This document shows positions 11,211-25,495 of a stretch of DNA of 64,000 nt, one piece after another. The notes beneath the pieces are model-generated. The model ran no database searches, was not told the origin of the DNA, and saw only the letters and a program-made list of their open reading frames with translations. The DNA lies in assembly GCA_965112735.1 (NCBI GenBank), contig OZ218957.1, forward strand, positions 248,001 to 312,000, written 5' to 3'. The stretch comes from Phaeosaccion multiseriatum (lineage: Eukaryota; Protista; Ochrophyta, other classes). Position 1 is the first letter of the stretch, and each line of letters starts with the position of its first letter. A program made the translations under genes and the position numbers.

Positions 11211-14200
11211 ACACAATGAGAGGGCGACGACGACGACGACGATATTTCCCGTGAGCAGAAGAGCGTTGGACAAATGGGATGGGGCTGCGCACAAGTCTCT
11301 CCTACGCAAGAGGCTGAGAGGCAACGCCCGCTCTTCACGCTCCTCTCCTCCCCTCTCCTCTCCTCTCCTCTCTTCTCTTCTCCTCTCCTCTCCTCCACCC
11401 TCCTCTCCTCTCCTCCCCACTATTCTCTTCTCTCCCCCCTCTCCTCTCCTCTCCTCTCCTTCCTTGTGCCGTCTTGACACCAATGCAGTGAACAACGGGT
11501 CCACTAAACTGAAGCTCATGCTCTGCCTTCCTCTCACCCCTCACGCCTCTTACCTCCTGCGAGCATGCCGACCCCCCCACCCTCTCCAGCAAGGCCTGAA
11601 GCCATTCCATAGGCAAGCGAGCCGCGTCGCTGACCGTCTGTCCGCGCTTGCCCCCCCCCCCCTGATGAAGCTGCAGCAGTTGTGCAGCCACCTTGCAGAG
11701 ACTTGCTTGGGTCAGGGCCACGCCCCCCATGTGGTGCAGCTGCAGCAGCGCGTTGAGCAGTTGTGATCCGATGCTGCGCACGTCTTCGCAGCTCAGAAGG
11801 GCCACAGCACCGCCGTCGCCAATCTCATTGCTCTCACTACCACCATCCACCCTCTCCTCCCCTTCCTCCTTCTCCTCCTGCTCGTCCCCCTGCATGAGGG
11901 TGTGCCTGAAGGGTACGCTGCATACAAGTTGTCCGAGGCCTGACGTCGCCTCCCTCACAAGCAGCCACGCACACACCACCAAGCGCTGGCAGGCAGACGG
12001 GGCAAGGCGGAGGGGCAACAAGGGTATGTGCGGGTGTGGGGTGCCAGGAGGGAAGGAAGGGGGGGTGGGGGTTGGGCATGAATGTGGGGCAGGAGGGAAG
12101 GACGGGGGCATGGCTGCGGTGGGATTGTGAGGGTGGGGGTGCAGCAGTTGGTGATTCGATGTGGGTGTGAGTGGACATTGTGCCTCCACTCTCCCGAGGG
12201 GAGAGAGGGAGGGAGATTCGGGTGTAGGAAGCAATGAGAGCCCTCATCATCACCATCATCACCATCATCACCATCATCACCATCATGGGCTGCTGGATGT
12301 GGCTACGCTACGCTAAGCCCATACACATCCCTTACATCCGCCTTCTTCCCTCCTTCCCTCCCTCCCTCCGCCCTTCCCTCCCTTCTTCTCTCCCACCCTC
12401 TCTCCTTCCCTCCCTCCCTCCCACTCACCCACCCACCCACCCACCTGCTTTCTTGCGTCGTCCCCCCCCATCCTCTGCTGTACCGGCCGCCCTTGTCCAT
12501 CTACTTTCACCTCCCCGCGGTGCTGATTCGCGTTCTTGGGTACACGGCTCCGTCCACTGCCATCCCCACCCCCACTCCCTCCCTCCCCGTCAACTGCCAT
12601 CCCTCCCTCCCTCGCCTCCTCCTCCTGGACCCGAAACTCACCTCCCCCGCCTCCCTCCCCGTCCTCCTCCCCCTCCTCTTCCTCCTCCTCCAGCCCACCC
12701 ACCACACTGAGGGCAGCCCTTAGTGCGGCCTGCATCAAGGATCTGACGTCACGCACCAGCCCCAACGCCCGCTGTGCCCTCTCGCCCCCCTGGGACACGC
12801 CCCCCTGGGACAAGTCCAGCCCCCCGGGGGACAGCACCTCTCGCAGGGCCAGCAGCAGCCCGTGGGGGAGAGGAGCAGAAGTGGCACTGGCGACAGCTTC
12901 ACCAGCTGGTGATACAGCAGTTGGTGATATAGCAGCGTCGTCCTCCTCGTGGCCGGTGCTCATCGGCGTGGGAAGAAGCTTGCGCGCCTCTTGCTGCTGC
13001 CTCTGCTGCCCCTGACCCATGCAATGCTCCTCCCCCCCCGGAGCACTACCCCCGCCCCCTGGGCCTGCCTTCCCCTTCTCCTTCTGCCAGCACGAGAGCA
13101 GCTGCGGCGTGACGGCGTCAAGTCGGGCCTGTGCGGCGGCGCAGAGTCCCTCTGTGAAGCTCATGAGCTCGTCCCATCCGCCGCCTACGGTATCAACAAC
13201 TGCTGGGCTTTGTCGGGCCTCCTCCACCCCCCCACTTGTTGCCGCCGCCCCCTCCCTCGGGACGACTCCCACAATCTCCCGCCCTGCCGCATAACTCGAC
13301 CCATCAGCAGCAGTTGGTGATACGGTGACTGTGACGCTCCAGCGTAGATGCAGACAGTATACCTCCCCCACGAGCCTCAGCAGGGCCGCCCCTGCCTCTC
13401 CCTCGTGCTGCCTCGGCCTTCCGCATAGCCACAGCCCCCTCTGCACCAGCAAGGCCACCTAAGACAGATGGCAGTGGATGGCAGATGGCAGTGGGTGGCA
13501 GATGGGAGTGAAAGGCAGTGGAGGGACGCCAGATGGTGGAAATCGGACGGAGGGGAGGGGTGGGGAGGGAAATGAGGATGAGGGAAGGGAAGGGGGGAGA
13601 CGGATATGGGGGGCTACCTCGCCTCGCTTTACACCTCCCACCGTCACCACTACTCTTACCACTACCACGACAAGCGCCGCCGCAAGCCCCCCTCACCTTG
13701 TCTGGGCTGCTGTACCCGGGTAGGGGGCGTGGGAAGTCCCTTCTCAGCAGCTGCAGCGCCAAGAGTCGACTCCGCTCCCACGTGCTGCTGAGAAGGGCGA
13801 CCAACGCGTCCACGCTCCACGGGGTGAACACAGACCGCTCCAGCGCTGCCCACAGGGGCACAGAGCCGCTTGAGGGAGAGGGAGTGGTGATGGCGCTTGC
13901 AGTGGTAGTGGTGGTAGAAAGAGGAGGAGGAGGAAGGGGATGGCCGTGAACGGGGCCCGCCACCTGCAGCACCTTAGCGACGCTGACGGTGAGCAGCTCT
14001 ACCACCAACCGCTCCCTTTCAAAGGGCGCCCCGGGGTACAGGCTCTGCACGAACAGTGCCCACACCCACGCCATGAGGTCCTGACACCTCGTGATGACCG
14101 CTTTGCTCTCAGCGGCTCGACTCTTCTCCGCTGCCGCTGCTGCTGCTGCTACTACTCCGTGCCTCTTCGGGTCCGTGCCCTGCTGCCCCTGCCCTCTGGC

Positions 14201-16824
14201 CTTGGCTTCAGCCTTGGCAAGGAGACTCACGTGGAAGTGCAGAGAGGCACACAGCCTGGTGAAGAGGGTCTGCATGGCTCGCTTCAGGCTCTCCTTGTAC
14301 CACCCCGTCGGCGTCTTGAGCGAGTAGCGGAAGGAAGAGCGGAACACCGCCTCCTCTCCCTTGCTGGGCAGACTGGTGGTGCGTGCGTGATTGCAGAATA
14401 GCCCCAGTGCAGACATACGCACCTCCTCCGCCCCGTGAAGCAGCCCCTGCCGCAGAGAGCTCAGAGGCACGATACAGCACTCCTTCTCCCCATCCACTGC
14501 CATCCCTCCTCCTCCTCCTCCTTCCCTCGTGCCCACAACGAGCACTGGGGCTGGGCGGCCCTTCTTGGTGGGAGGTGGAGAGGATCTGAGCAAGCGCCCT
14601 ACCTCCAGCAGAGCCCACAACTGCCGTGCCTCCAAGGAGACCAGCTCGCCCTCCTGGTGTTGGTGTTGGTGTTGGTGCACCGCCTGCCAGCTGTGACCCT
14701 GCTCCTGCTCCTCCTGCCCCTGCTGCAAGGCCCTAATGTCCTTGGCGAGTGCCCGTGCCGCCTCCCACCCGGTCTGAAGCAGCGAAGGCAGCACGTTCTC
14801 TGCCACTTTGCTGCGCAGTCTGTGGCTCTCGGACGTTAGGGCCAGCGCCAGGGGCCGCGTCCAGAGAAGAGCCGACTTCCGACACGCCGCGAGTTCGATC
14901 CTTGCCTCCGCCTCCGCCGCCGCTGTTGCTGCTGCTGCTGCTGGCTTGTTGCGTGCCCTCTTGGACTTGGAGCTACGGCCTTCCCCTCCACGTTCCCCTT
15001 CCCCTCCTTTGGACTTGTCCCCTCCTTTGGAGCTGCTGCTGCTGCTGCTGCTGCTGCTGGGCGGTTCTGAGGGCTCCGACGGCGGAGGGCCCCCACCCGC
15101 TGCGAGAGCCTCTCGCTCATCTTGCAGGAACTGAACCCCCGACGGACAGAGACGCGTACAAGACAGACACATACGACAAATGGACACATGGGCGCAGACG
15201 AAGTGAGCGCGGTGCGTAAGCGCTTCCCTCCTCTCCTCTCCCCTCCGCAGGAGTTAGTCCCTCCTCTCCTTTCCCCTCCCCGTAAGTCTGCGGTGCTCTC
15301 CCCATCAGTGGCTGCCTGCCCCCCTCCTTTCTGCCTGTGTCCTGGTCAGTGCCTATGGACTCGTACCGTCACTACCCACGTCACCTGCTCACATCTTTCT
15401 CACCTACGTACACTGCTCACTCACGTCACTGCCTATGTCAATGACTAAGCTTACGTCTGTACACGTGTCTTTCCTTACCTCTTTGTGCGCAGTGCTGACG
15501 AGCGTGAGGATGACCTCAGTGGCCATCTTGGACACAAAGTTGGGCCCCCCAAAGTCCTGCAGCAGCCGAGTCACCAGCAGCGGCCGCACGGACAGCAGCC
15601 GCCGACTACCCATGGAGGGGATGAGCAGCCTTAGCAGCAGGTACTTGCTGCGGAACGAGACAGGAAGCCCCAGCACGCGGCTCTCCAGCCCCACGCTCTC
15701 TTGCCCCGCCCCATGCCGACTCGGAAGGCCTCCTTCCCCCCCTTCTCCTCTTCTTCCAGCTGCTGTACCACCAACAGCTGCATCACCAACAGCTGCTGCT
15801 GTCTCCCTCAGGGCCAGGATTTTGAGGAAGATGGCGCTGACGGACATCTTGCAGATTGGGTCCCAGGACCCCAACACGAGGCCTATGCAGCGCTCCAGCA
15901 GCGAAGACATGTCCGAGTGTGCCTGCGCAAGTACCGTCGCTCCTCCTCCTCCTCCTCCTGCTGCTGCTACTGGTGTTGCTGTTTCCTTTACTGCATGGAG
16001 CTCCAGGACGAGCTCCGCATGTGCCTTGACACGCCCAAGGAGCTTGTCCACGCACTGCGAACAAAGGAATATGGGGACACAGGAATATGGGCGTACAGGA
16101 ATGAATATACACAGGACATAGGCATAGGTAGCACACGGTCAGAAACAGAGTGAGCAAGGAGAGGGTCAGTTGGAGCTGGCCATTGTCTCTGGCGAGGAGT
16201 ACTGAGTACAGGGCGAATCGCTCGACTCGGCTCGGCAGAGCGCATGTAGGGAGGTGATCAATGAACTTTGAAGAGGACAGGTAGAGGCAGCAGCCGCGAC
16301 TCTCCCTCCAAGAAGAGCATGTCTGCGGCTGCAGGGCACTCTACCTCCTTCCCTCCTTCTCTCCTTCCCTCCCCCCCTCCCCTCCCCTCCTGACCTGGAA
16401 CGCTGCGAGTCTGGCAAGGGGGGTCGTGTTGTGGCACAGCTCGAGAGCACTCTCCGCCAGCGGCCCGTACAGCAGGCACGTGGAGACGCGAGGGGGGCCC
16501 GGGCTAGCGGTTGGTGCTTCAGCGCTTGGGGGTACGGCAGCTGTGAGCACGCGCACGTCCAAGGCACTGAGCAGGCTAAAGCACAACGCAGCCGCGGAGG
16601 ACGGGGGCAGGGTCCCGCTGCTGCACAACCCCAGGGGGGCGCTTCCGGCCCATATGCCTCTAGAATGAGCATTACCCCCGCCCTCTTCCTTTCCCTCCTC
16701 CTCCTCCTCCTCCTCGTCGGCCGCCACCCCGGGAAAGAAGGTTCTGAAGAACGGTCCTGCTCCGATACTGGCGAGGGGGAGTGGGCTCTCCTCCTCCTCC
16801 TCCTGCTTGCCTCGATCCATACCA

Positions 16825-16858
<34 letters not shown>

Positions 16859-18408
16859 TCTGCCGGAACGCGTCTTTGGCAAGCATGACGGCTACCATGG
16901 CTGCTTGCTTCCTCACCTCCCCCTCCAGCTCCAAATGGCGAGCCTCGAGCAGCCCCACGCACAACGCATACACCTGCCGCCGCTGCCCAGCACCCCCAGG
17001 GGTCCCGGTCCCTTCCGGAGAGGGCAAGAGGGACTCCGGGCTGGCAGAGAGCAGCACGATGAGCGCCGCGAGGAGGCCGCTCTGCTCCTCGCCGCCAGCC
17101 CCACTCTGTCCGCTCTGGCCGCCGCCGGAGTTGCCCCCCTCGATTCCGCTGCTGTCGCCTCTACTGCGCTTCTCGGGGGGCGCACCATCCCTTCTGGCCC
17201 CTCTCCTGCTCCTGCTGTTGCTGGTGCTGGTGCTGGTGCTGGTGCTGGTGCTGTTCCCGCTGGTGGTATGGGCGTCAGTGAGTAAGAGGCCCCGCATGAT
17301 GAGCCCCAAGCATAGAGAGGACAGCCCGACTGCCGCCCCTGTTTGGGGTTCCTGAGATTGGGGTCCCTGTGGTGGTGGGGGACCATACCTGCGCAGGAGC
17401 TGTGGGCCCACGCTGTGAAGCTCCAGCAGTCTCCTAAGCGCAACCGCACAGCGCACCACCACTTCGGCCTCGACTTCGGCCTCGACATTAACCTCTGCTT
17501 TTGGCTCACCTCTCTGGGAGGTCAGCGAAACGTCCCCGGAGGTCTCCAAGATCCGCCGCACGACATCGAGTGCCCCTTCTTGCAGCAGTTCGGACCCGCT
17601 CCTACCCTCACCCTTGGCCTCCCCCCCCCCAGCCTCCTTCCTACCCCCAGCAGCAGCAGCAGTGACGCCTTCGAAGGCCTGAGCGACGGCCTGCAGGAGG
17701 CGGAGAAGCACTTTGCGCAGAGGAGCTTGCTGCACGAAGATGCAGAGCTTGAGCAAGGCAAGGTACGTTGCCAGCAGCTCCTCTCTGCTGCTGCTGTTAC
17801 TGGGAACGACGGGGCGGGGGGGTCGAGACGCGTAAGGTACACAAAGGAAGAGCCAAAGCACCGTCGTGGGCACACACACTGTCCTGACCGAGATGTCCTT
17901 GGGAAGGATGCAAAAGGTCGAGGAATGAAACAGTCGCGGCGGCATGTACGCCAATTCGTGGAGACCAGGCTCAAGTTTAGGTTCACTCAGGAAAGCGAAA
18001 CAGTCTGGCCCGACACCCTTAAACCAAAGAATTCTTGTCTAACCTGCTGCTCTTCATGGCCGGCAGAAGCTTGGAGAGGCCCCTGAGCGCCTCCAGCTGT
18101 GCCCTCAGCCGCACCCCCTGCTGGGCCTGCTTCTGCCCCTCCTCCTGCTGCTGCTGCTTCTGCTGCTGTTGCTCTACCTCCAGGGGATGCACACTCAGGG
18201 TCTTTGCCTTCCAAAGCACCTCCCAAAGCCTCGCCAAGTGAGCACTGGGGGGCGCATCAGCGCTGCCTGCCGCGCCGCCGCTGGTGCTGCGACTGCTGCT
18301 GCCGTTCGGTGGTTCCCGGCTGGAGGATGGTGCAGATATAGCAGTGAGGCCTTCTCTGAGCAGCACCTCCAGCGGCGTGGCCACCACCACACAGAGATCA
18401 ACCTCCAT
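7525..18408 (-). CDS. THADA: THADA / Trm732 family ARM-repeat tRNA 2'-O-methyltransferase regulator (DUF2428); exons 18408-18044, 17799-16395, 16054-15479, 15130-13697, 13458-12445, 11985-11554, 11073-7525; ~2924 aa
   Basis: Conserved blocks SLYPGAPFERE, LLSSTWERSR, VVCAWLLVRE, LLQLHHMG, LRRSSGL, RVHALNTLRLVFSDSAL, GFEDPSWAVRNSS, YPELHPFLL, LHPVLLLLSRL, LLQDDSEQVR. All six introns are GT-AG with consistent phases. Confidence 0.92.
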
Positions 18409-19397
18409 TATGAGGGAAGGGGAAGGGGGGGGTGATTTGATATCGATTTGACCACACCATCCACCTTAATGTGTTGGTCCTCCAGAGTACTCACAGCTCA
18501 CGTGTTTTTTTTTGTTTTTTTTTCTTCTCTCTTCTCTCTTTCTAAGTCGCAGGACGATCACGGTTTTGAATGAGCTAAAGAGGGCACCGCTTTATATTTT
18601 TTGGAACCCAGGAAGGAGGAAGGAGGTCCATGTGCCATACGCCCATCCTATATCAAGCTCATTGCAGTGGAGTGTTAAAAGTCAAGCTTGTTGGCGGGGC
18701 TCGACGGGGGGGGGTAATCGACTCACTCCAGCAGCGATCTTGATGGAAATCGTATTTTTTCTAGACTGTTTTGCCTCCCAGTCTGAATTAATGATTTTGT
18801 TCTGTATATGACAGGAGGCACCCTCCGACCCAGGCGGCCCTCTGCCAACAGAGGCCACTCAGGGCGACCCCCCATGGAGCGCCCGTTCCTCTCTACTCCC
18901 ATCCCCCTCGGGACCGGCCGTTCCTCCACAACCTCCCCTGCTCTCCTCCTTCCTCCTGTTGCGTCGCACGTCTCCACGTGAGGGAAATCGACATCGATAC
19001 CGTCTCATCATCTCGATCTGGTGATCGTCTTCCCAGTTTCCAACTTCGAGAATATTCACTCCCGTTTCTGTCCCTCCCTCCCTCCCTCCCTCCCTCCCTC
19101 TCGTCTAGCTACTCTCGTCTCTCGTGACCCTCGGTCCTCCTCATAGCCTAGTCATCGTAGTCCTCGAACCCCCTTTCCACTTCGGACCTTCTACACTGAG
19201 AGGATGCCGCCAAAAGTTAGGGGCTTTTGTAATGTGATTTCAGACTTTAGGTGGATATGGAAACATGGAAACGCTGATAGCGCGGTTGTATCTCCGGTGA
19301 GCCCGGCCGGTCCCACAAAGACGAAAGGGTCATGTTTTAGGCGCCCCACGCTCCAGCGCGACATCCGCACAACCCGTCCGCACAAGAGGCGGGGGCT

Positions 19398-22300
19398 ATG
19401 GCGACGTTCTTCTCATTGGCCTCGTCGGCAGCTCTGCTCCTGCTGCTTCTGGTGGCGCCATCGAAAAGTGAGTGTGGATATGCACGGGGCCCGTGGGTTG
19501 CGCCCAAGGAAGGAACAAGTATGGAAGGAGCCGGATCTTTAGAACAAATCTTTGACCCTGTCGCCCCACCACTACCGGCAGCTGCAGAGCTTACCCCTCC
19601 TTCCTCTCCTCAGGCAGTGGCTGATGCTGAAATCATAGCTGAGGGAAGCGGCCGAGAGAAGAACAACAACGTGGCCAATCTCGCGTGTGTTCCTGCCTGC
19701 TTTTCTTGACTTTCACCCCCCCCCCCCCCCCAGTCGTGGACGCTGGGGCTGAGATCGTGGCCGATATTCCCGAGCCAAACCTTCGCGAGGGATGCTCCCC
19801 GCGATGTGTGAACACTGCTGATGAAGGGCAATACAGATGCGATATCGATGCTTCTGGGAACCTGCTCTGCAACACCTTCGAGCTCTCAGGTAAGCCCTCC
19901 TCTCTCTCTGTGCCCAGGAATGCACCCCCTTACTCCCCTCCTTAGCTAGCTAGTACTACGTTCAACTGATTCATGTGGGCAACCCTGGCTGCCTCACCTT
20001 GCTTGTTGCCTGCTTTGTGCTCATAGGACCGCACACGTGCCACTTTCACTACTATACCGCCGATGAAGTCGCCCAATGCATGGCAGAGAAACGTGAGTGA
20101 CTTGCTCCTCCCCTCATCCCCTCCTGTGGATGGGCATCGTCAGACACGAAATCAGACTCTCCACCCTGCCTCCCTTGGGCCGGGCGGGGGCATTGCGTGG
20201 CTGTGTGACTGCCTGCTGGCCTTGCTTAGCTACATCCTCTGCCTCTCTGTGACCGTCTATCCCTTCCTCCCCCTCGCTCTGTCTGTCGCTCCGCCCTCGC
20301 TCTCCCTCCCTCTCCCTCTCCCCCTACCTCTTGGCACTTGGCACTTCCCCCCGCCCCCCCTGCTGCGTGCCTCCTCCTCTCTCTCCGTGTGATCTGGTGG
20401 CTGTGTCAATCTGAGCAGGAAGCTCTGTGGGCAGCGACGCCCCCTACACCCTCATCATTATGGGCTCCTCGATTCTCATGGGCAGCATTTTCACAGTCGC
20501 GCCGTGGGTGAGTGCGTGGGGCGGGGGTCGAGGCCCCAGAGGCTGGGTGGCCTTTTCTTCATGCCCAGGCAGAGAGGAGGAGAGCTCAAGGGGAGAACCA
20601 TAGCTACACGGGTGCTCTCGCTCCCTCCCGTCTTCCCTCCCTGTCCTCGCTCCCTCCCTGCCAAGAACGGAAGTTGATGGGGAGTCCGAAGCGAACGGCA
20701 CACGCACGCACCGTCTGGTGCGCTTTACCCCTGGTGACCTACTGTCTGACCGGTCCCTCCCTCCCTCGTCCCTCCCTCTCTCCCTGTTGTCCCTCGTAGC
20801 TCGTCAATGAGATCGACTCTGACTTCGACTACCAGCCCTGGATGTTCGACCCACTCCCCCCACAGCCGAGCGCCAACCCAATGGACAACTGTGCCCAGAT
20901 GGTCCTTGACGCGCAGCTCGGCCTCGTGGCAAAGAAGGCCGACGTGAACGAATCTCCCGAATGCGTGCAGGTGGGTTGCGTGAGGAGGTTTTCCCCTCCC
21001 TACTGCCCGGGCCCCCACTTCCACGTGCGCTGGCGGTGAATCGCCGTGAAGGCTTCACCGTCTCTCTCTCCCTCCCTTTGACTTATCCCCGTTGACCTCC
21101 CTTCTATCTTTCACTTTCTCACCCCCCGCGGCAACCTCCACACCCCACAGGTGTACGAGCACAGCATGGCAGGGGACTCCGCGGACACGGGGGAGGCTTC
21201 CTTCCTCGGCGACGCCAGCATCGTGTGGGCCTCTGCGCCATCCCCTGACAAGATGCAGCAGCAACTTGACCTGCTCACAGAGGCAGGACGGGACCAGGAC
21301 CACGGGCATATGGTTCTGTACCTCGGGCTGTGGTACACCTTCTGCCTGCAGGGGAGGGAGTGGGCCTGCAACATCCTGCCCGAGGGGGCGGCGCTGAGGG
21401 TTTTGAGGGGGGAGTCGCTTGCCGCTCAAGTGTCCTTCTTTGAGGGCAAGTACGCTACTTTGGTGCAGCGCATCCTCAGCGACTTCCCCAACTACGAACT
21501 GACCATCACGGGGCTACGGCGGTACTCGGACATCACCAGGGCCTACGATGACACCGTCAGACAAGTAAGTCACTGAGTCAATGGACACACTCCATGAGAC
21601 AAGTGACTGACTGGCATGAGGAGGATTGCTTCGAGTGGTGAAAGTGGTGTGGAACCGGGCGGGAGGGAGCAGGATGAGTGGAGGTGGGGCACGAGGAAGG
21701 GACGGGATGACTGAGAGGGAGGGAAGAATGGACTCGCCCTTCGCGCATGAGCTGGTGTGATTCGTGTGCGTGTGTGTGCGTGTGTGTGCGTGTGCGTGCG
21801 TGCGTGCGCGCGTGTGTATGCTTGGGTGGGTAGGAGGCGAGGGAGAAGGACAGTATGTAGAGACACGTCAGCTCCAACCTACTTCTGAGGAAGCGGCGGT
21901 TTTTTTCTGTCGAGATGCCTCGAACCCTCTTATTCCCTGAGGGCTGTTATATTCATTCCTCTAATTCATCTGTCTTGCCCCCTCCCCCTCCCCCCGCCCG
22001 CCTCACTGTCCACCCTTCCGCCCCCCCGCCCTTCGCCCCGTGCACCTCCCTTCGTTCCCTCCCTCCTTGCCTGCCCCCTCAGCTTGCCGCGAGCAGAGCC
22101 GTCAATTTCCTCAACTTGGATGGAACCACGCAGCTCAGGCCCCACCAGCCCGATGACATTAGCAATCATCCCCCCCACGTGGTGAACCATTCCTTATTCC
22201 AACGCTACATGGCTCCCATCTGTGAGGGCACCAGCGTGGGGGAGGCGCAGGAGTGCGAGGAGGAGGTGAGTCAGTCAGCTAGTCGGTCAGTCAGACAGGC

Positions 22301-23583
22301 GGTCGGTCAGTCAGGTAGACAGTCAGTCGGTCAGTCAGTCAGGCCGTCCCGTTTGTCTTGTGGTCACCCGCCGCGCCCTTCCCATTCACGTGATGTATGT
22401 ACCGCTCTTCCTCCCTACGCTCATTCCTACCCTCCCCCTCGCCCACTCTCCCCGTTGCTCTGGCCAGATGGTGGGTTCCCCCGGCTGCCAAACCGAGACG
22501 TACGACAACCCTGACGGCCGTTGGTTCGAGCAGTACAGCCGCGGTTGCGACATTAAGACCTTTACGTCGCCTCTCGGCACCGTGCTCCCCCCCGCCGTCC
22601 TCTTCTCGGCGTGCCCCCTCAACACGCCCAATCTGTTCCTCAACCCCAACTTGGACGAGAGCTTGGTGCCCTGGACGAGCTTCGCTCTGCTCTCTGCGGG
22701 TGTGCTGGACGCCTCCATTACCCACGTTACGGAGGCCGGCGATGGAGGCGCTCGCTTCACCATTAACACCGCCGGAACTGCCGACTGGCACATGCAGCTC
22801 TTTCAAGTGCTGCCTCCTGAGGACCTCACGTTGGGCGAGACCATGACGGTGAGCTTCGAAGTGACGGCCGAAGAGGGGGAGGCGGGAAGCACTCGGGCGG
22901 TCTTCCCGTACATTCAGCAGCTTGAGGCCCCGTGGAGGCCGTTTGTGTCGGGGCGGTGTGAAGTGCGCCCCTCGGGCCCGACCACATGCAGCGTCACTGC
23001 AACTCTGACGGACGTTACAGTGCCTGTCAAGTTCGGCATCCAGGGGGGAGCGTCTGACGTCGATTTCACGGTGCACGGAGCTTCGCTGTGTCGCACTGAT
23101 GACACCGTCGGATCCCCTGTGAACGTCCTGTTCGTGAATCCGGACTTCACAGATGGCCCTCTGAGCAATTGGGTTCCGTTTGTGTACATAGGCTCTGCCC
23201 CCGGTGTGGAGGGCGCGTGGACTTTCAGCGACGACGGCGCTGAACTCAACATTCTCGCCGTGGCCGAGGGCCCGACAGAGAGCTGGCACGCGCAGATGCA
23301 CCAGGACTTTTACCTCAGCAGCGTCGGAGTGGGTACATACATGGTTGCTTTTGAGGTGTCGGCGCCGGACGGGGACTTCCCCATCGACGTGTACGCACAG
23401 CAGTCGCAGGGTCCCTACAGGGTCTTCGGTAGCAACAAGTGCATGGCTAAGCAGGAGCGAGCGTGGTGCGTTGCAGAGGCGGAGGTGGATGACGTGTCGG
23501 GCTTGATCAAGTTCGGTGCACAGGGTGGTGACAACGTCGGTAAGGTGGTGCTACACAGAGCGGCGCTTTCCAAGATAGCCTGA
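19398..23583 (+). CDS. Secreted SGNH/PC-esterase-like protein with two CBM4/9-like modules, paralogue A (exons 19398-19467, 19734-19889, 20027-20092, 20419-20507, 20800-20970, 21151-21564, 22083-22265, 22468-23583)
   Basis: Signal peptide and 7 phase-consistent GT-AG introns. CHFHYYTADEVAQCM...LIIMGSS and C-terminal DDISNHP...YMAPIC resemble the CASD1/TBL GDS and DxxH blocks. NLFLNPNLD..W..GTADWHMQLFQ..LTLGETMTVSF resembles the CBM_4_9 pattern. Confidence 0.8.
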
Positions 23584-23907
23584 GACGGAAATTTTGTACT
23601 GGATGGTCATCCCCTAAGGTGGTAACATTTTCGTGGTACACGGGCATAGCCAAGAGGAGATGCTGAGGGACGTCGCTGTTAGCGCTCCTCAGGAGTGACT
23701 CGCCCGATGTCTCGGCCTCGGCCACAGCTTTGTCAAAGTGCCAACCACAATTTTGATTTACTTCGAAGTAGTTAGTAAAGCGAGGCTACATAATATGTAC
23801 ATACATTTATTTTACCTGCGATAAGAGGGCCTCTGTACATTGCGGGAGCGTGATTGATCCGCTCCAAATACGATACAAGTCTCCGTGGACTGCCATCCTA
23901 CCCATCC

Positions 23908-24960
23908 TTCCTATCCTACATGAGGGTGGGGAAGGGTGCGGGGGTCCCCTCGCGATAGTGGCGAGGCACCGCCCCGCCCCCAAGCGATACGGAGCGGAAC
24001 CGCCGCGCCCTCCCTGCAGGGGGGGGAGGGGGGAGGGGAAGGGCTGTTACGCCAGCACAAGTAGGCCCGGCAAGGAGAGTACAGAGGGTAGTAGACTACC
24101 CCGCCGCTTGCGCGCCCCTCCTCGCTCCATCTAACTGCTCCCACCTACCGGACCCCTCCACCACCTCTGCCCACTCTCCCCTCTCACCACTCCCGGCCCA
24201 CACACATCCACTGCCATCCCTCCACCACGCACCGCACCTGGCTGCTGGACAACGTGCTGGTCGAGGGAGACGAGCAGGGGGAGACCGGCCAAAACAAGCA
24301 CCACAGTTCCGATCCGCCTGTACAGGGAGCTAACGAAGAGGAGAGCCACTATCTGGCCAAAGGGCGGCGCTTCTGTTGCCTCCGGAGGTCACGGAGGTCG
24401 ACGAGCGACGTCGACAGTTCCTGCCTGCGCCCGCTGCCTCACACCAGCCAAGCGCGGCAACAAGCTCTGCCTCGGCCGACCCGGTGCCTCCGTTCTTCTT
24501 CTAGCGGTTCCCGCACTCTCGTAGCGCTACGGCAGAGTTTTCCTACCGGGATCACTTCTGGTGTTCCCGCCAGCCAGCCCACCCCGGTCGTGCTACTACC
24601 TAGGCCTAGCCTAGTTCGCTACCCTCGTTGTTACCGCCCTCTCTGCCCGGCTGTTGCTCCTGCTGCTGCCGCTGCTGCCTGTACAGCCATGACCACGGCC
24701 GAGCTCATGTCTTCTATGCCCTTGCTTGTTGCTTGCCCTCGCTCCATGCTCAACTCGCGCACAAAGTCGGTGAAGGCGTTCGCCCTCCGACCCAGCCATC
24801 CTCTCGCTACTTCATCAATCGTTTTGCTTGCTTTGTTGCAGCCAGAAGGCGGCGGGATTTGGCTTTGTAGGGTGCTGCGTCTCCTGGCTGCTGGTGCTTC
24901 TTCTTGTTCCCCTGGCTGCTGGTGCTCCTTTCTTACTGCGGGCGGTGGCGATGGTCTTTG
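23908..24960 (-). pseudogene. Deleted duplicate of the RNFT1-like RING gene
   Basis: Homologous to 33681-35600. At ~23970-23985 sequence matching ~33735 joins directly to sequence matching ~34670, losing ~0.93 kb with the TM and RING coding region. There are further indels and an in-frame stop in the exon 1 equivalent. Confidence 0.85.
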
Positions 24961-25129
24961 ACATGTCTTGATAACCGCAGCAGCCAGGAGGCTTGGGGGT
25001 TGAGAAGCGCCGCCAGCCTGGCTGTTTGTTTGTCGCACCAATGATTGTGTGGCTGATCTCTGAGATGATGATCGTTCCGTGTGGGGGTGGTCGATGCTGA
25101 CGAGCTTTTCGTGAAAGCAGCACCCACCC

Positions 25130-25217
25130 ACATAGCTACACACACATCCAACACACATACACACATCCAACACACACATCCAACACGCATACACACATCC
25201 AACACACACGCAGGCAC

Positions 25218-25251
<34 letters not shown>

Positions 25252-25390
25252 GCACGCACACGCGCACACACACATACACACACACGCACACACACACACA
25301 CACGCACTCACTTATATATATATACATATCTGACTGACACACACACACATACACACGCACACACACACACACACATACACACACATACAC

Positions 25391-25442
<52 letters not shown>

Positions 25443-25495
25443 GCACGCGCACACACACACATACACACACATCTGACTGACACACAAAACACACA
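25130..25495 (+). repeat. Imperfect (CA)n microsatellite near the duplication junction
   Basis: Read directly. Confidence 0.9.

Noticed and set aside
11074-11292. N-terminal CVCV part of the 1255-aa ORF as a separate gene start
   Set aside because: It is THADA intron 6; splicing at 11073 restores E-FVLRRSSGL.
18410-19397. Short ORFs between THADA and esterase paralogue A
   Set aside because: No motifs or splice support; more simply a divergent promoter region.
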